Notes: generated by a model from the letters alone, not told the origin. Shown: positions 8,418-18,993, numbered from the stretch's first letter. The stretch: DNA of 64,000 nt from Treponemataceae bacterium (GCA_963667725.2 CAXXHO010000007.1:59434-123433); one strand, 5' to 3'. Numbers and translations are program-made.

Positions 8418-9080
8418 ATGATGATTGATATTAAAAATATCAGTTTAGAACTGGATAAGGCGCATAAAAATGTCCGTGAACTCATTGAAATATGCAGATC
8501 GGAAAAGCTTGAGGATAGTACATATCAAGATTGGAGTTATAAGGACGTTGTCGCGCATTTGACGCGTTGGATATCATTCTCTGCAAATAGACTTAATTGT
8601 ATTGCTAATAAAATTCGTTTTAATGATGTTGAGGACTTTAGAAAGGCGAATAAAGAATGGTATGAAGAAGACAAGGGGAAGGGTCTTGGAGAAGTTGAAG
8701 ACAAGTTTGATCAAGCCGTTGCACGATATAAAGAGGTTATACAGGACTATGGAAACGAAGACCTTATTAGGGAAGATTTTCCCTTAGGATTCAAGATAGA
8801 GCTCTGGCGATATATGATAATGGATGGATCAATTCACCCTAATGGGCATTTGCTCTATCATTACTTGAAGCGAAGGAACTATTGGTACTTCTTGAAAGTG
8901 CTGGAAGATACGGAGGATATATATTCCCTGTACTCGAATAGGAACAACAAGGTTTATAGCTTTAAAGAATATGAAGATACGAATGGAATGGTAAAAGCAA
9001 GGATGGAAGAGTTGCGTAATATACATAGCGACATGGGAATACTAAAAAAAGTGATGGATGCCAATAGCTCAAATGCATAG
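8418..9080 (+). CDS. DinB-like four-helix bundle protein (ClbS/DfsB-like)
   Basis: WSYKDVVAHL..W; H...H. Confidence 0.65.
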   Translation: MMIDIKNISLELDKAHKNVRELIEICRSEKLEDSTYQDWSYKDVVAHLTRWISFSANRLNCIANKIRFNDVEDFRKANKEWYEEDKGKGLGEVEDKFDQAVARYKEVIQDYGNEDLIREDFPLGFKIELWRYMIMDGSIHPNGHLLYHYLKRRNYWYFLKVLEDTEDIYSLYSNRNNKVYSFKEYEDTNGMVKARMEELRNIHSDMGILKKVMDANSSNA

Positions 9081-9171
9081 ATTGGGCACGATCCATGGAT
9101 AGACTCTTTGGGAAAATGATCGATAATGATAAATCGATGCAGCTAAGAGAGAATTGAAGTGAGGCAGTATT

Positions 9172-9687
9172 TTGGACGTTAGTTTGGCATTAGTCGCAGA
9201 AAGCAAAAAGTACGTGTTGCGAAATTTAGTCAAGATGTACTGTCATGAGTGGTCGCAGTATAATGGAATTGAAATAGATCAAAATGGCGATTACGCTTTT
9301 GAATACGACCTTGATAAATTCTTCGTTGATGAGAATTGCCATGCATATTTTATAATGCTTGAAGAGAGAATCGTTGGATTTGTGCTTGTTGATACGGATA
9401 TTGATTTCTATAAGGAAAGCAACTATGCGATCTCAGAATTTTTTATCCTAAATAAATATAGAAAACTTGGCATAGGGAAAGAGGCGGCAGAGAAAGTATT
9501 TAATCGGCATAAAGGGAAATGGGAAATAAAGATGCATCCAAAGAATATAGGATCGATAGCGTTTTGGAAAAAAGTGGTCGAAGAAATGTCAAAAGGGAAA
9601 AAGTACGAGATAGAGGAAGGCTGCAAAGAATCGAAATATGGCGATGGATCATTGGGAACGGTAATAGGTTTCGAAACAATCGACTGA
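9172..9687 (+). CDS. GNAT acetyltransferase
   Basis: ISEFFIL.KYRK.GIG; N..S..FW.KV. Confidence 0.88.
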   Translation: MDVSLALVAESKKYVLRNLVKMYCHEWSQYNGIEIDQNGDYAFEYDLDKFFVDENCHAYFIMLEERIVGFVLVDTDIDFYKESNYAISEFFILNKYRKLGIGKEAAEKVFNRHKGKWEIKMHPKNIGSIAFWKKVVEEMSKGKKYEIEEGCKESKYGDGSLGTVIGFETID

Positions 9688-9808
9688 AAAAAAGTACAAG
9701 CGCCCGACGCTTGCGGCTGTCTGATGCGCGCTTTGCCGGATGATCCGCTGGTCTTGGGCGCGGGGATATGGGGTGTGCAAGGTTTTGTAATTGAAGCGAG
9801 GAGCAATT

Positions 9809-10351
9809 GTGGAAATAGAAATGATATCATCTAGAATTGTCTATGAAAACAGATGGATGCGGGTACGTGAAGATCAAATACGAAGAGCAAATGGAGCAAA
9901 GGGGCTTTATGGAGTAGTAGAAAAGCCTGACTTTGTAGTTGTCGTGCCAATAGAGGATGATTCAGTATATCTTGTTGAGCAATATAGATATCCAGTAAGT
10001 GGAAGGTATTGGGAGTTTCCGCAGGGATCATGGGAAAGGGAAAAGATAGAACCGCAGGAATTGGCAAACGCAGAACTAAAGGAAGAAACCGGACTGCGTG
10101 CAGAAGCGATGCAGGAGATCGGGACTCTCTATGAAGCATATGGGCATTCAAATCAGCAATATCATGTGTTTATAGCGCGAGGATTACGGCAAGAGAATGC
10201 GGACCTGGATGAAGAAGAACAAGGACTAGTATCAAAAAAGTTCAAGATAAGCGAGTTTGTAAAAATGATAAGGGACAATGAAATAAGGGATTCAACGACA
10301 ATAGCGGTATATGGATTAATGATGGCGATGAAGATAAGGGAATTCGTATGA
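9809..10351 (+). CDS. NUDIX hydrolase (ADP-ribose pyrophosphatase-like)
   Basis: QYRYP..WEFPQG.....ELKEETG Nudix box. Confidence 0.9.
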   Translation: MEIEMISSRIVYENRWMRVREDQIRRANGAKGLYGVVEKPDFVVVVPIEDDSVYLVEQYRYPVSGRYWEFPQGSWEREKIEPQELANAELKEETGLRAEAMQEIGTLYEAYGHSNQQYHVFIARGLRQENADLDEEEQGLVSKKFKISEFVKMIRDNEIRDSTTIAVYGLMMAMKIREFV

Positions 10352-10371
10352 CGCCGAAGGAGAAACGATTA

Positions 10372-10923
10372 ATGGACATTTCATTTTCATATGAAGTCAG
10401 TTGGGATGATTACATTGACTCACAGTTGACCTATGATAGGAATTCGAATAGCGTAAAAGCAAACATAAAAAAGACAAGGATTGGCTTAATAAGCTTTTAC
10501 ATCTTTTTGATATTAATCCTATATCATGCAGTAAATGGAATAGGAAGGATCGCGGTAGTATTGGGGCTGCTCCTAATTGGAGCAGTACATATTAGCCTGG
10601 TGCGGAAGCTGCTAGAGATAAGAGTAAAGAGAGTATCAAAAAAATTAATAAGGGAAACAAAATCTGATAAGATAATTGGAAAAAAGAAACTGAAAATAAA
10701 AGATGAAGAGTTGTTGTATGTGGAGAAAGAAAAAAACACGAAGGTTAAGGTCAAGGATGTCAAGAGAATCCTCGAATCGGGAAAGAACTACTACATTTAT
10801 CTCGATGAAGTGTCGGCGATAATACTTCCCAAGAATCTAGAAGGGGAGACAGATGCACAAAAAGAGATGATAGAGTATATCAAAGAGAGAATGGGGGGAA
10901 GCCCCGATGAGAGAGCGGTATAG
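10372..10923 (+). CDS. YcxB-like membrane protein
   Basis: Two TM helices, then W/V..V..I.E....YIY.....AIILPK. Confidence 0.7.
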   Translation: MDISFSYEVSWDDYIDSQLTYDRNSNSVKANIKKTRIGLISFYIFLILILYHAVNGIGRIAVVLGLLLIGAVHISLVRKLLEIRVKRVSKKLIRETKSDKIIGKKKLKIKDEELLYVEKEKNTKVKVKDVKRILESGKNYYIYLDEVSAIILPKNLEGETDAQKEMIEYIKERMGGSPDERAV

Positions 10924-11000
10924 AACTTAGCCAATGTGTGCGTATGGGCTTAACCTAGTATTAGTCAGATGCGCTGCGCGCGCCGATGGGAAGGAATTGT

Positions 11001-11504
11001 ATGGGAAATACGATAAGTATAGTCTTTGAGCCATTAATGGAGCGGCATAGGAAGAATGTAATTGATATTTTGAACTATTACATTCAATCTACGACTGCCG
11101 CGTTTCGGGACAAAACCGTAGATTATGGCCACTTTGACAATTTTCTTGACAAAGAAAGCGTTTATCAGGGCTATGCCATCAAAAATGAGAGCGATGCTGT
11201 TGTTGGGTTTTGCACCTTGGAACCTTTTAAGAATATCGTGCCGTTCCAAACGACCGCAGAAGTAATGTATTTCATTGAAAGAGAGTACATTGGGAAAGGT
11301 ATCGGAACTAAAACGTTAAGAAAACTTGAAGATGAAGCAAAACGATTAGGAATACGCAAGCTTATTGTAGATATTACCGATGACAATGAGACGAGCCTTG
11401 ACTTTCATACGAGGAACGGCTTTAGGGAATATGGAAGATTGAAAAAGTGCTGGAAGAAGTTTGGGAAAGATTTGGGAATAGTTTATATGGAGAAAGACAT
11501 TTAG
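11001..11504 (+). CDS. GNAT acetyltransferase (phosphinothricin acetyltransferase-like)
   Basis: I.NYYI..T.A.F; GKGIGT; N..SL.FH...GF. Confidence 0.88.
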   Translation: MGNTISIVFEPLMERHRKNVIDILNYYIQSTTAAFRDKTVDYGHFDNFLDKESVYQGYAIKNESDAVVGFCTLEPFKNIVPFQTTAEVMYFIEREYIGKGIGTKTLRKLEDEAKRLGIRKLIVDITDDNETSLDFHTRNGFREYGRLKKCWKKFGKDLGIVYMEKDI

Positions 11505-11587
11505 CTATTTTGAGAAACGACTAAACTATGCCGCATGTCAAGCCAATGCTGGATGAATTAGTATAAAATGCGATAAGGGGCTCGCAA

Positions 11588-12373
11588 ATGAAGTGTCAAC
11601 GGAAAACCTTCGCGCTCATTTTATTGGGGTTGACTTTGCTCCCTGTGTTTGGACTGGAAACGGTTTCCGTGGAAGTGAATGGCATTATTCGGAATTCAGA
11701 AATTTATTTCCCACCCAATATGAATAGTGAGGCGCTTCCTGTGGTATTTGCTTTTCATGGCCACGGCGGTACGACGGAATCGGCGGCTTCGCGCTTCCAT
11801 ATAGAAAAGTTCTGGCCGGAAGCAATAGTTGTTTATCCCCAAGGGCTGAATACTCCTACCAACTTAGTCGACCCTGAAGGCAAACGCTCCGGCTGGCAGA
11901 GTTCTATAGACGATCAAGGGGGAAGGGATATCGAGTTCTTCGATATACTATTTCAATATCTTAATAGCAAGTGCTTGATAGATAAAACTAGAGTGTACTC
12001 TATTGGGTTTTCCAATGGAGCGGTTTTTACCTATGTATTGTGGGCGGCGCGAGGCGATGCGCTCGCCGCGGTGGCTCCCATAGCTGGATTGCTGCCTTCA
12101 AAAAATGATAGGGACAAACTCGAACCAAAGCCAGTATTTCTTGTTGCAGGGGAAAACGATCCACTTGTAAGATTTTCCTGGCAAATTGAGATGGCAAATA
12201 TGGTGCTGAAAATAAATCGATGTGGAACGGGAAGATCAATCACGAAGAATGTAACTGTGTATGATTCAATAATCGATGTGCCAGTTGAAACTTATATCGA
12301 CAAATCGGGGCATGAGATACCGGAAGAAGCCTTGCCGTACATCGTAGGGTTTTTTAGGGAACATAAAAAATAG
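11588..12373 (+). CDS. Secreted alpha/beta-hydrolase esterase (PHB depolymerase/LpqC-like)
   Basis: Signal peptide; FHGHGG; GFSNG nucleophile; G.ND; GH. Confidence 0.85.
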   Translation: MKCQRKTFALILLGLTLLPVFGLETVSVEVNGIIRNSEIYFPPNMNSEALPVVFAFHGHGGTTESAASRFHIEKFWPEAIVVYPQGLNTPTNLVDPEGKRSGWQSSIDDQGGRDIEFFDILFQYLNSKCLIDKTRVYSIGFSNGAVFTYVLWAARGDALAAVAPIAGLLPSKNDRDKLEPKPVFLVAGENDPLVRFSWQIEMANMVLKINRCGTGRSITKNVTVYDSIIDVPVETYIDKSGHEIPEEALPYIVGFFREHKK

Positions 12374-12422
12374 ATAGCAAGAATCAAAAGCATAAATAGT
12401 AGGCGAAAAGGAGGCCTTGCCC

Positions 12423-13037
12423 ATGAAGCGCATAAAGCTCTTCTCTCTGGCAACTTTGTTTTTTCTATGTGTATTTTGCGCATACTCTCAAGTTGAAATC
12501 ACTGAGTATCAAGGGGAGAAACTTTCTCCATTTGATCGCGGATACGATAATTCCATAAAAGGACCGCAAAAGGTAGATATCAACATTTATAGACTGATTA
12601 TTGATGGAAAGATCAAAAAGAATTTGTTGCTAAGCTACAATGAAATCCTGTCGCTCCCCTCGACAACGCGAGCGGTAACGCTGAACTGCATAGAAGGGTG
12701 GAGCGAGCATTTGCTGTTCAAAGGTGTTCGAATGGCTGAAATAATCAAACAGGTGAACGTGAGCAAAGATGTACAAACGGTAATATTCTATGCCATCGAT
12801 GGATATTCGTCGTCCTTGACCTATAAATACGTACTCGATAATGACATTATGCTCGCCTACGAAATTAATGGGAAAAAGCTCAATAGTGAAAGAGGATTCC
12901 CCCTGCAAGTAGTAGCAGAATCAAAGTATGGGTATAAATGGGTGAAGTGGGTTGCCCGGATAGAATTCTCCGATAAACCGTATGAAGGGTATTGGGAGAA
13001 GCGAGGATATGACAACGATGCGGCTATTCAAAATTGA
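12423..13037 (+). CDS. Molybdopterin-binding oxidoreductase (sulfite oxidase family)
   Basis: L.CIEGWS; LAY..NG..L...GFPL; YGYKWVKW; GYWE.RGY. Confidence 0.88.
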   Translation: MKRIKLFSLATLFFLCVFCAYSQVEITEYQGEKLSPFDRGYDNSIKGPQKVDINIYRLIIDGKIKKNLLLSYNEILSLPSTTRAVTLNCIEGWSEHLLFKGVRMAEIIKQVNVSKDVQTVIFYAIDGYSSSLTYKYVLDNDIMLAYEINGKKLNSERGFPLQVVAESKYGYKWVKWVARIEFSDKPYEGYWEKRGYDNDAAIQN

Positions 13038-13118
13038 GGATGATATAAATGGGCTGGCTAAGAAGATAAAACGAACTGTTGACTGGACATCTTTGGCGTA
13101 AAGCCTTTTGGATCATGT

Positions 13119-13697
13119 ATGTACTACTTCAGATACCATAATACCAACTGTTTTTTCATCAAGAATCGTAATAACGATACCTACCTTGCTATCGACGCAG
13201 GGTGGCCGTGCACATTGCGCGAATATCAACGGGCTCTAAAAAGTATTGGGATCGCTTTTAACAAAATAAGTGCCTGTATTGTTACACACTTGCATATGGA
13301 CCATGCCGGGCTGCTGGGTGAATTCCTTGAGCATGGGATAGAGTGTTTTCTGGTTGGAATGCAATCTGATAAAGAAATCGATGAGATGGAAAGGATCATA
13401 AAGAAAAATTATGAAAACTATAGAGCAATAGACAAAAGTAAAATGAAGAGGGCTTCAATAGAAAGAATAAATGAAATACTTGAGAAAGAAGGTTTTTCGG
13501 GAGAAGTAATCATAACAAATGGGCATTCCCCCGATAGTATTAGCTACATAACAGAAGGAAAAGAAGCAATCATAGGCGATTTGACGCCGTTAGCGCAGAT
13601 CATGGATGACAAAAAGAGTGAAGAAAGTTGGGCCATAATTGAGCGAAAGCATGTCAAGAAAATTTATCCAAGTCACGCGAGTGTATTTGAGATCTAG
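13119..13697 (+). CDS. Metallo-beta-lactamase-fold hydrolase
   Basis: THLHMDHAG; GHS.DS; GD; YPSH. Confidence 0.88.
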   Translation: MYYFRYHNTNCFFIKNRNNDTYLAIDAGWPCTLREYQRALKSIGIAFNKISACIVTHLHMDHAGLLGEFLEHGIECFLVGMQSDKEIDEMERIIKKNYENYRAIDKSKMKRASIERINEILEKEGFSGEVIITNGHSPDSISYITEGKEAIIGDLTPLAQIMDDKKSEESWAIIERKHVKKIYPSHASVFEI

Positions 13698-13819
13698 AGG
13701 GGATTAAGGCAACCCCTGGTTTCATCTTGCGATTGCAGGACATGCCCAGAGGCTGATCGTACGTCAAGTCGCCCACTTTTGGCGACGAAGTGATCAATAA
13801 AGCGATAATGGACGCCAGT

Positions 13820-14347
13820 ATGACATATTATGTTTTCCTTAGGGCAGTAAATGTCGGTCCTGCCACAAAAGTGGATATGGCGCTGCTTAAAAAGCATATC
13901 TTTGATAAGTATCGTATTACTATAGAAACCTATAAGAATAGCGGCAACATAATCGTAAAAGAGCCAGATGATCGGGAAGGAATACTCAACGTTATCAAAG
14001 AATCAATAAAGAATTTGTCTGCGATAAGCGTTGCCGTACTGGGAAGAGATAAAGGCCAGCTAATTCATTATCTGGATATGAATCCATTTAAAGAATCTAA
14101 ATATGAGAAATCTAAAACGATACTTTATATAGTTGAGGATGAGGTTGATAAAGGTAAAATAGCGGAAATTGCGAAAAAGAATGGAATCATAGAAGAGTAT
14201 TGGTATAATGAGGAAGTTCTCTATGTTTACTATCAAAATGGCATTGGAAGATCAAAGCTTACAACAACATTGCTGGAAAAAGTGTTTGACTGTAAGGTTA
14301 CGGGAAGAAATGTCAACACAGTTGAAGAGTTGATCAGCAAATGGTAG
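13820..14347 (+). CDS. DUF1697 family protein
   Basis: Y..FLRAVNVG; TY.NSGN; T.RN.NTV. Confidence 0.85.
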   Translation: MTYYVFLRAVNVGPATKVDMALLKKHIFDKYRITIETYKNSGNIIVKEPDDREGILNVIKESIKNLSAISVAVLGRDKGQLIHYLDMNPFKESKYEKSKTILYIVEDEVDKGKIAEIAKKNGIIEEYWYNEEVLYVYYQNGIGRSKLTTTLLEKVFDCKVTGRNVNTVEELISKW

Positions 14348-14430
14348 GAATCGCTTGATAACCGTTTATTCAGCGATGCTGTCGCCGCGGAAGCGAGCGA
14401 CGTGAAACGAGTGCTTTCTTAGGAGGATGT

Positions 14431-14838
14431 ATGAGAATAACTGTTGAAACAAAGATCAAAGCACCGATTGAAAAAGTTTGGGAAGAATATGTCACGCCTG
14501 CTGCAATCGTTCAATGGAATACCGCATCTGATGATTGGCATACGATCAATTCTCGAGTTGACTTAAGGACTGGCGGAGAGTTCAGTTCTAGAATGGAAGC
14601 GAAGGATGGAAGCGCTGGATTTGATTTTGCAGGCACCTACACAAAAATCGTACCGATGGAACTGATTGAATATTCATTTGGCGAAAGAACGGGGAAAGTA
14701 GAGTTTATTGATGAAGGGGGAGCCATCACGGTAAAGGTTACTTTCGACGCTGAAACTGAGAATTCAATTGAACGGCAGCGCGAAGGTTGGCAGGCAATAT
14801 TGGACAATTTCAAGAAACATGTGCTAAACTTAAAATAG
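14431..14838 (+). CDS. SRPBCC/AHSA1-like protein
   Basis: WN.ASDDWH; RMEAKDGS.GFDF.G; QREGWQAILDNF. Confidence 0.9.
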   Translation: MRITVETKIKAPIEKVWEEYVTPAAIVQWNTASDDWHTINSRVDLRTGGEFSSRMEAKDGSAGFDFAGTYTKIVPMELIEYSFGERTGKVEFIDEGGAITVKVTFDAETENSIERQREGWQAILDNFKKHVLNLK

Positions 14839-14961
14839 GAAGACGGATTGACGGCAAAAATGTTCATCACCAATGATTATCTAGGGGTTTCGCGATAGCT
14901 TTTATTGCGAACACCAGGTATAAAGTAAAAACTGGCAAAACTTAACATGGCGGGGGAATTT

Positions 14962-15474
14962 GTGAAGAAAAAAGCAATAAAGTATTTATTTCTTATTATG
15001 GTATCATTATTTATTTGCGGTTGTAGCGTGGAAAACGGCAGAACCTATCAAAAATATTATTGGGCATATTCTCCGAAATATATCTATGATACGAATCCCT
15101 ATACGCCATCCATCATATACAATGATGAGTATTTTGCCGCTGGAGAAGGATCATATTATATGGAGTATACCGCATGGGATGGCTCATCCTGGTATATGTA
15201 CTATTCGATTGAAGTCGATAAAGGATTTTTGTTCGATAGGGGCGATGACTTCTATTATGAGATTGATCTATACGCAGCGGGCCCGACATTATATCGATAT
15301 CGCGATTCCAAAGACATCAATAGTGGAAAAAATGCGGATGCGAAAACTTTTAATAGTGGCAAGGAGCTAGTAAAGACTAAAGTCGAAGGGCTGGAGAGAG
15401 GACCGATAGTTGGATCCGAGGAAAGAATCTACGAGAAGGGAAAAGTAAGAATTGAATACGGCAGGTTGTATTAA
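14962..15474 (+). CDS. Putative lipoprotein, Tyr-rich
   Basis: KKK + hydrophobic stretch + ICGC lipobox-like motif. Confidence 0.65.
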   Translation: MKKKAIKYLFLIMVSLFICGCSVENGRTYQKYYWAYSPKYIYDTNPYTPSIIYNDEYFAAGEGSYYMEYTAWDGSSWYMYYSIEVDKGFLFDRGDDFYYEIDLYAAGPTLYRYRDSKDINSGKNADAKTFNSGKELVKTKVEGLERGPIVGSEERIYEKGKVRIEYGRLY

Positions 15475-15478
15475 AAAA

Positions 15479-15565
15479 ACTTAATGCCGTTTCAATCCGA
15501 TAAGCTTTATTATTTCAATTCTTGCAGCCTATGCCGGAGTGATCTCCCTGGCAAGCAATAATGGC
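15479..15565 (+). repeat. attC relic (left part)
   Basis: GTTTCAATCCGATAAGCTTT...CAATTCTTGCAG...GGCAAG is colinear with the 1499 site. Confidence 0.6.
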
Positions 15566-15599
15566 GGGGACAAGCGCTGCGGCAACAGAGGATAGGTGA

Positions 15600-16091
15600 A
15601 TGCGGTGTTTTCGAAATGCAACGGCAGAAGAAATCGATTATATCAATGCCATGTTCGATGCCGTGAAGGCCAAGGGAAAGGTCGACGGCTCTTCGGATTG
15701 GGACGAGGATTATCCAAATAAAGATATAATTGAAGATGATATAAAGAATAAAAATCTGTATGTGCTTGAGGATCGAGATAAGGTAATAGCCTCGATATCG
15801 GTGCTGGATGAAGAGCCGGCAGAATTGAATGTCATTGATTGGGAAGATGGGAAAGCATGCTTTCTCGTGAGGTTGTGTGTCGCCCCTGAATGCCAAGGGA
15901 AGGGTATTGGGGAAGAAATGATGAAGAACATCAGCGGCATTGCAAAAAAGAAGGGATATAAGGCGACGCATCATCTTGCCGCGGAAGCAAACAAAGCGGC
16001 GAATAGGTTGTATCAAAGAATGGGATATAAAGACCTAGGCAAGATACATGTCTATGATACGGATTTCATAGCATACGAGAAAATGCTGTAA
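15600..16091 (+). CDS. GNAT acetyltransferase
   Basis: W...YP; RLCV.P..QGKGIG; N.AA..LY..MG. Confidence 0.88.
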   Translation: MRCFRNATAEEIDYINAMFDAVKAKGKVDGSSDWDEDYPNKDIIEDDIKNKNLYVLEDRDKVIASISVLDEEPAELNVIDWEDGKACFLVRLCVAPECQGKGIGEEMMKNISGIAKKKGYKATHHLAAEANKAANRLYQRMGYKDLGKIHVYDTDFIAYEKML

Positions 16092-16258
16092 GGAATTGGG
16101 AAAGCAGGGACCGGACAGTCGCTTCGGTTAGACAACCACACTAGCACGGTTCGATCAGCTCGTTTCGTTCGCGAAACGAGGGAAGGCGCCAGTTGCGCCT
16201 TCAGAGCGCAAGATAGAAAATATGCCGTCAAAATACATAGCAGTTCCAGGAGGCAATT

Positions 16259-16603
16259 ATGGAGAAGTTCGTTAAGTCGAGCATAGGCGTAATTGCGCTT
16301 TTTGAGGAACTGACCTCGCCCATACAATGTGACCACAAGAAAATGTTCGGCTATCCTTGCCTGTTCGTCAATGGGAACATGTTTTGCGGCACGTTCGCCG
16401 ATAGGATATTCGTAAGAATAAGCGGTGAACGACAAAAAGAATGGAAAACCCGATACAGCAGAATAAAGGATTTCGAGCCGATGCAGGGCAAAAGGATGAA
16501 AGAATATTTGGAAATTGATGGTTTGGAAGATAATAGGGGAATCATAAGCGCTTTGATCGCCGAATCCATCGAATATATGAAGACGCTGAAGCCCAAGACT
16601 TAA
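16259..16603 (+). CDS. TfoX/Sxy N-terminal domain protein
   Basis: KKMFG....F.NGNMF.G; F.PM.G..MKEY. Confidence 0.85.
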   Translation: MEKFVKSSIGVIALFEELTSPIQCDHKKMFGYPCLFVNGNMFCGTFADRIFVRISGERQKEWKTRYSRIKDFEPMQGKRMKEYLEIDGLEDNRGIISALIAESIEYMKTLKPKT

Positions 16604-16618
16604 TAAGGGAGGTTGTCC

Positions 16619-16888
16619 ATGGAGTTCATACCGATACCTTATTTCGGAATGATCATGTTTTTCTTTGTCGCGCCAGCATTAACATTTGGTTTCATCACGA
16701 TCACCAAAAAGATAAAGGCTGATGTGGATAAGTTGAAATATCAAAAAGAGATCATTGAATTGGAAATCAAGAAAGAGGAACTTCACCTAAAGATGATGAC
16801 GGAAGAGAACAAGAAGTATGACAAGATGATTGAAGGGGCCACGAAGAGTACGCAAGAAGACCGACAGATAGAGGGACGGAATCTCTAG
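16619..16888 (+). CDS. Small TM plus coiled-coil hypothetical protein
   Basis: GGAGG SD; hydrophobic N-terminus; charged heptads. Confidence 0.65.
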   Translation: MEFIPIPYFGMIMFFFVAPALTFGFITITKKIKADVDKLKYQKEIIELEIKKEELHLKMMTEENKKYDKMIEGATKSTQEDRQIEGRNL

Positions 16889-16919
16889 AACGTCCATGCG
16901 CGCGATACAGGAGGAGTAG

Positions 16920-17687
16920 ATGAAACATCATCCTAAAGAAAACCAGTATTTCATCTTGAGAGTCGTTTTCTCTGTAATTGGACTCTTTATAGTCTTTTCT
17001 ATTGTGTACTCGTCAAGAAAAGACGTTTCGATCGCTGCCGGAAGCGTTCTTTCAACGATGATAATATATGTCGCTGTCATAATAATCTACCTAAGGTTCT
17101 TCAACATGTTGATGATTGGTTACCTTAGGGGCAACGGCATACTCATCAATGAAAATCAGTTTCCAGAAGTATACGCGATGGTTCAAGAGATAAAAACCAT
17201 TTACCGGATGGAAACGGAACCAAAAGTTTTCCTCATACAAGAGGGAGGAGTGCTGAACGCGTACGCCGCCCGTTTTGTCGGGAGGAACTATATAGCAATC
17301 TATGCAGATGTGTTTGAGCAAGTAGAGAGGGATCCAGAAGTATTAAAGTTCATTCTTGCCCATGAGATGGCGCATGTAAAAGAGCACCATGTGCAAAAGA
17401 TGTTCTGGACAGGGCTATCGTTCTATGTTCCTTTTCTGGCGCAGGCATATTCGCGAGCATGTGAATATACGTGTGATATGAACGGCTATGTGGCGTCGAA
17501 GACCGGCGCGAGGAATGGATTAGTGATGCTTGCGGCGGGAAAGCACCTCTACAATAAAGTCAATATTGGACAATATGTTAAAGACTGCCAGGAGAATAGT
17601 TCATTTGCCGTGAAGCTGGTGGAAAAGTTTAATAGCCATCCGAACCTTCCCAAAAGGATAGAATATCTAGAAAAAGAGACATTCTGA
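16920..17687 (+). CDS. M48 family zinc metallopeptidase
   Basis: LNAYA; AHEMAH; YSRACEYTCD; SHP....RI. Confidence 0.9.
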   Translation: MKHHPKENQYFILRVVFSVIGLFIVFSIVYSSRKDVSIAAGSVLSTMIIYVAVIIIYLRFFNMLMIGYLRGNGILINENQFPEVYAMVQEIKTIYRMETEPKVFLIQEGGVLNAYAARFVGRNYIAIYADVFEQVERDPEVLKFILAHEMAHVKEHHVQKMFWTGLSFYVPFLAQAYSRACEYTCDMNGYVASKTGARNGLVMLAAGKHLYNKVNIGQYVKDCQENSSFAVKLVEKFNSHPNLPKRIEYLEKETF

Positions 17688-17720
17688 CAGTCGGCGGGCA
17701 AATAAAGCGAGGGGAGATCT

Positions 17721-18305
17721 ATGAGAGAAATCGATCCTGCAATCAAGGCCTATATAGAGAATTATGATGTGGGCGTTCAAAAAAGGCTTTTACTCATAAG
17801 GGATATAATCTTTTCTTTGATGCCCGCCGCGGAAGAAACAATCAAGTACCAAATGCCGACGGTAGTGTATCACGGGAACCTCATCCATTATGCGGCTTTC
17901 ACGAACCATATCGGGATTTATCCTTTGCCGAAAGTGATAGAAGCCTTGAAAGAAGAGTTGAAGGTTTATAAGCAAGGGAAGGGATCCATCCAGTTCCAAA
18001 ATAATGAAGAATTTCCAATAGAAGTCATAAAGAAGATAGTCAAGACAAGAGTTGAAGAAAAGGAAATTGAGATAAATGCAAAAAAGGCAAAAGCAAATAA
18101 GGGGAGCATTGCAATACCTGAAGAATTGAAGAGAGTATTGGGAGAGGATGCGGAGGCCAAAGATTTTTTCGAAAAACTTTCGGATGGCTATAAGCGAGGA
18201 TACTGCGATTGGGTCGGAGGCGCAAAGCAGGCTGCGACGCGGGAAGTTCGCGCCGGGAAAGCCCTGTCAATGCTCAGGAATAAACAGAAGACATTGAAGA
18301 CATAA
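17721..18305 (+). CDS. DUF1801 (YdhG-like) plus YdeI/OmdA C-terminal fusion
   Basis: EETIKYQMPT..HIG.YP..KGSIQF, then IPEEL...F..LS.GYKR.Y..W...AK...TR. Confidence 0.85.
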   Translation: MREIDPAIKAYIENYDVGVQKRLLLIRDIIFSLMPAAEETIKYQMPTVVYHGNLIHYAAFTNHIGIYPLPKVIEALKEELKVYKQGKGSIQFQNNEEFPIEVIKKIVKTRVEEKEIEINAKKAKANKGSIAIPEELKRVLGEDAEAKDFFEKLSDGYKRGYCDWVGGAKQAATREVRAGKALSMLRNKQKTLKT

Positions 18306-18373
18306 CATGAAACGCGATCATTCATACGACAGTTTTCATCGGATGTGTTTTGCATGGGGCGCATGGGAGGCCT

Positions 18374-18889
18374 ATGATATTGCCATCGAAACGCGATCAA
18401 AGGTTTATTACAATACGAAGAGGCGGCACCCTGACTGATTCTGACCACTATCTCTTGGCGGCATGGGCGGCGAAGTGCGCCGAACATGTTCTGCGGTTTT
18501 ATGAAGAAGAATATCCATCGGACAATCGGCCGCGGAGGGCCATAGAAGCGGCGAGAGCTTGGGCAGGGAAAAAGATAAATCTTGATACAGCAAAAGCTTC
18601 AGCATATAATTCAAACGCGGCCGCGAAGGACAAGGTCGGAGCCGCAAAGTATGCGGCACTATCGGCCGGCCAAGCGGCGGTGGTGGGGCATGTGGCAGCC
18701 CATGAGTTGGGCGCGGCCGCATATGCGATCCGGGCGGTAATGGCGGCGAGCGGAGAAGATGAGAGGAGCAGCAACGGCAGGAAAGAATGCGAGTGGCAAA
18801 TAGAGCAATTGCCTGAGGAGATTAAGGAACTGGTGATCGATGATGAGAAAAATAGGAATGGCATCTGCTGGAATGTTTTCTTGCTTTAA
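18374..18889 (+). CDS. Imm-5-like putative immunity protein
   Basis: LA.WAA.CAEHVL......DNRPR.AI..AR.W; AGQA....HVA.H..GAA.YA. Confidence 0.8.
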   Translation: MILPSKRDQRFITIRRGGTLTDSDHYLLAAWAAKCAEHVLRFYEEEYPSDNRPRRAIEAARAWAGKKINLDTAKASAYNSNAAAKDKVGAAKYAALSAGQAAVVGHVAAHELGAAAYAIRAVMAASGEDERSSNGRKECEWQIEQLPEEIKELVIDDEKNRNGICWNVFLL

Positions 18890-18993
18890 GATGCTGCAAG
18901 GGGACAATCCGGCGATTCCTCGGTCGCGCCAAACGTTCCCCTTTGCGTTGGACGCAACGGCTGCAAGAAGAAGAGGAGCTAAAGAATAAAACG

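Noticed and set aside
18308..18400. 12-bp direct repeat GAAACGCGATCA
   Set aside because: A single short duplication with no element between the copies; chance or micro-duplication
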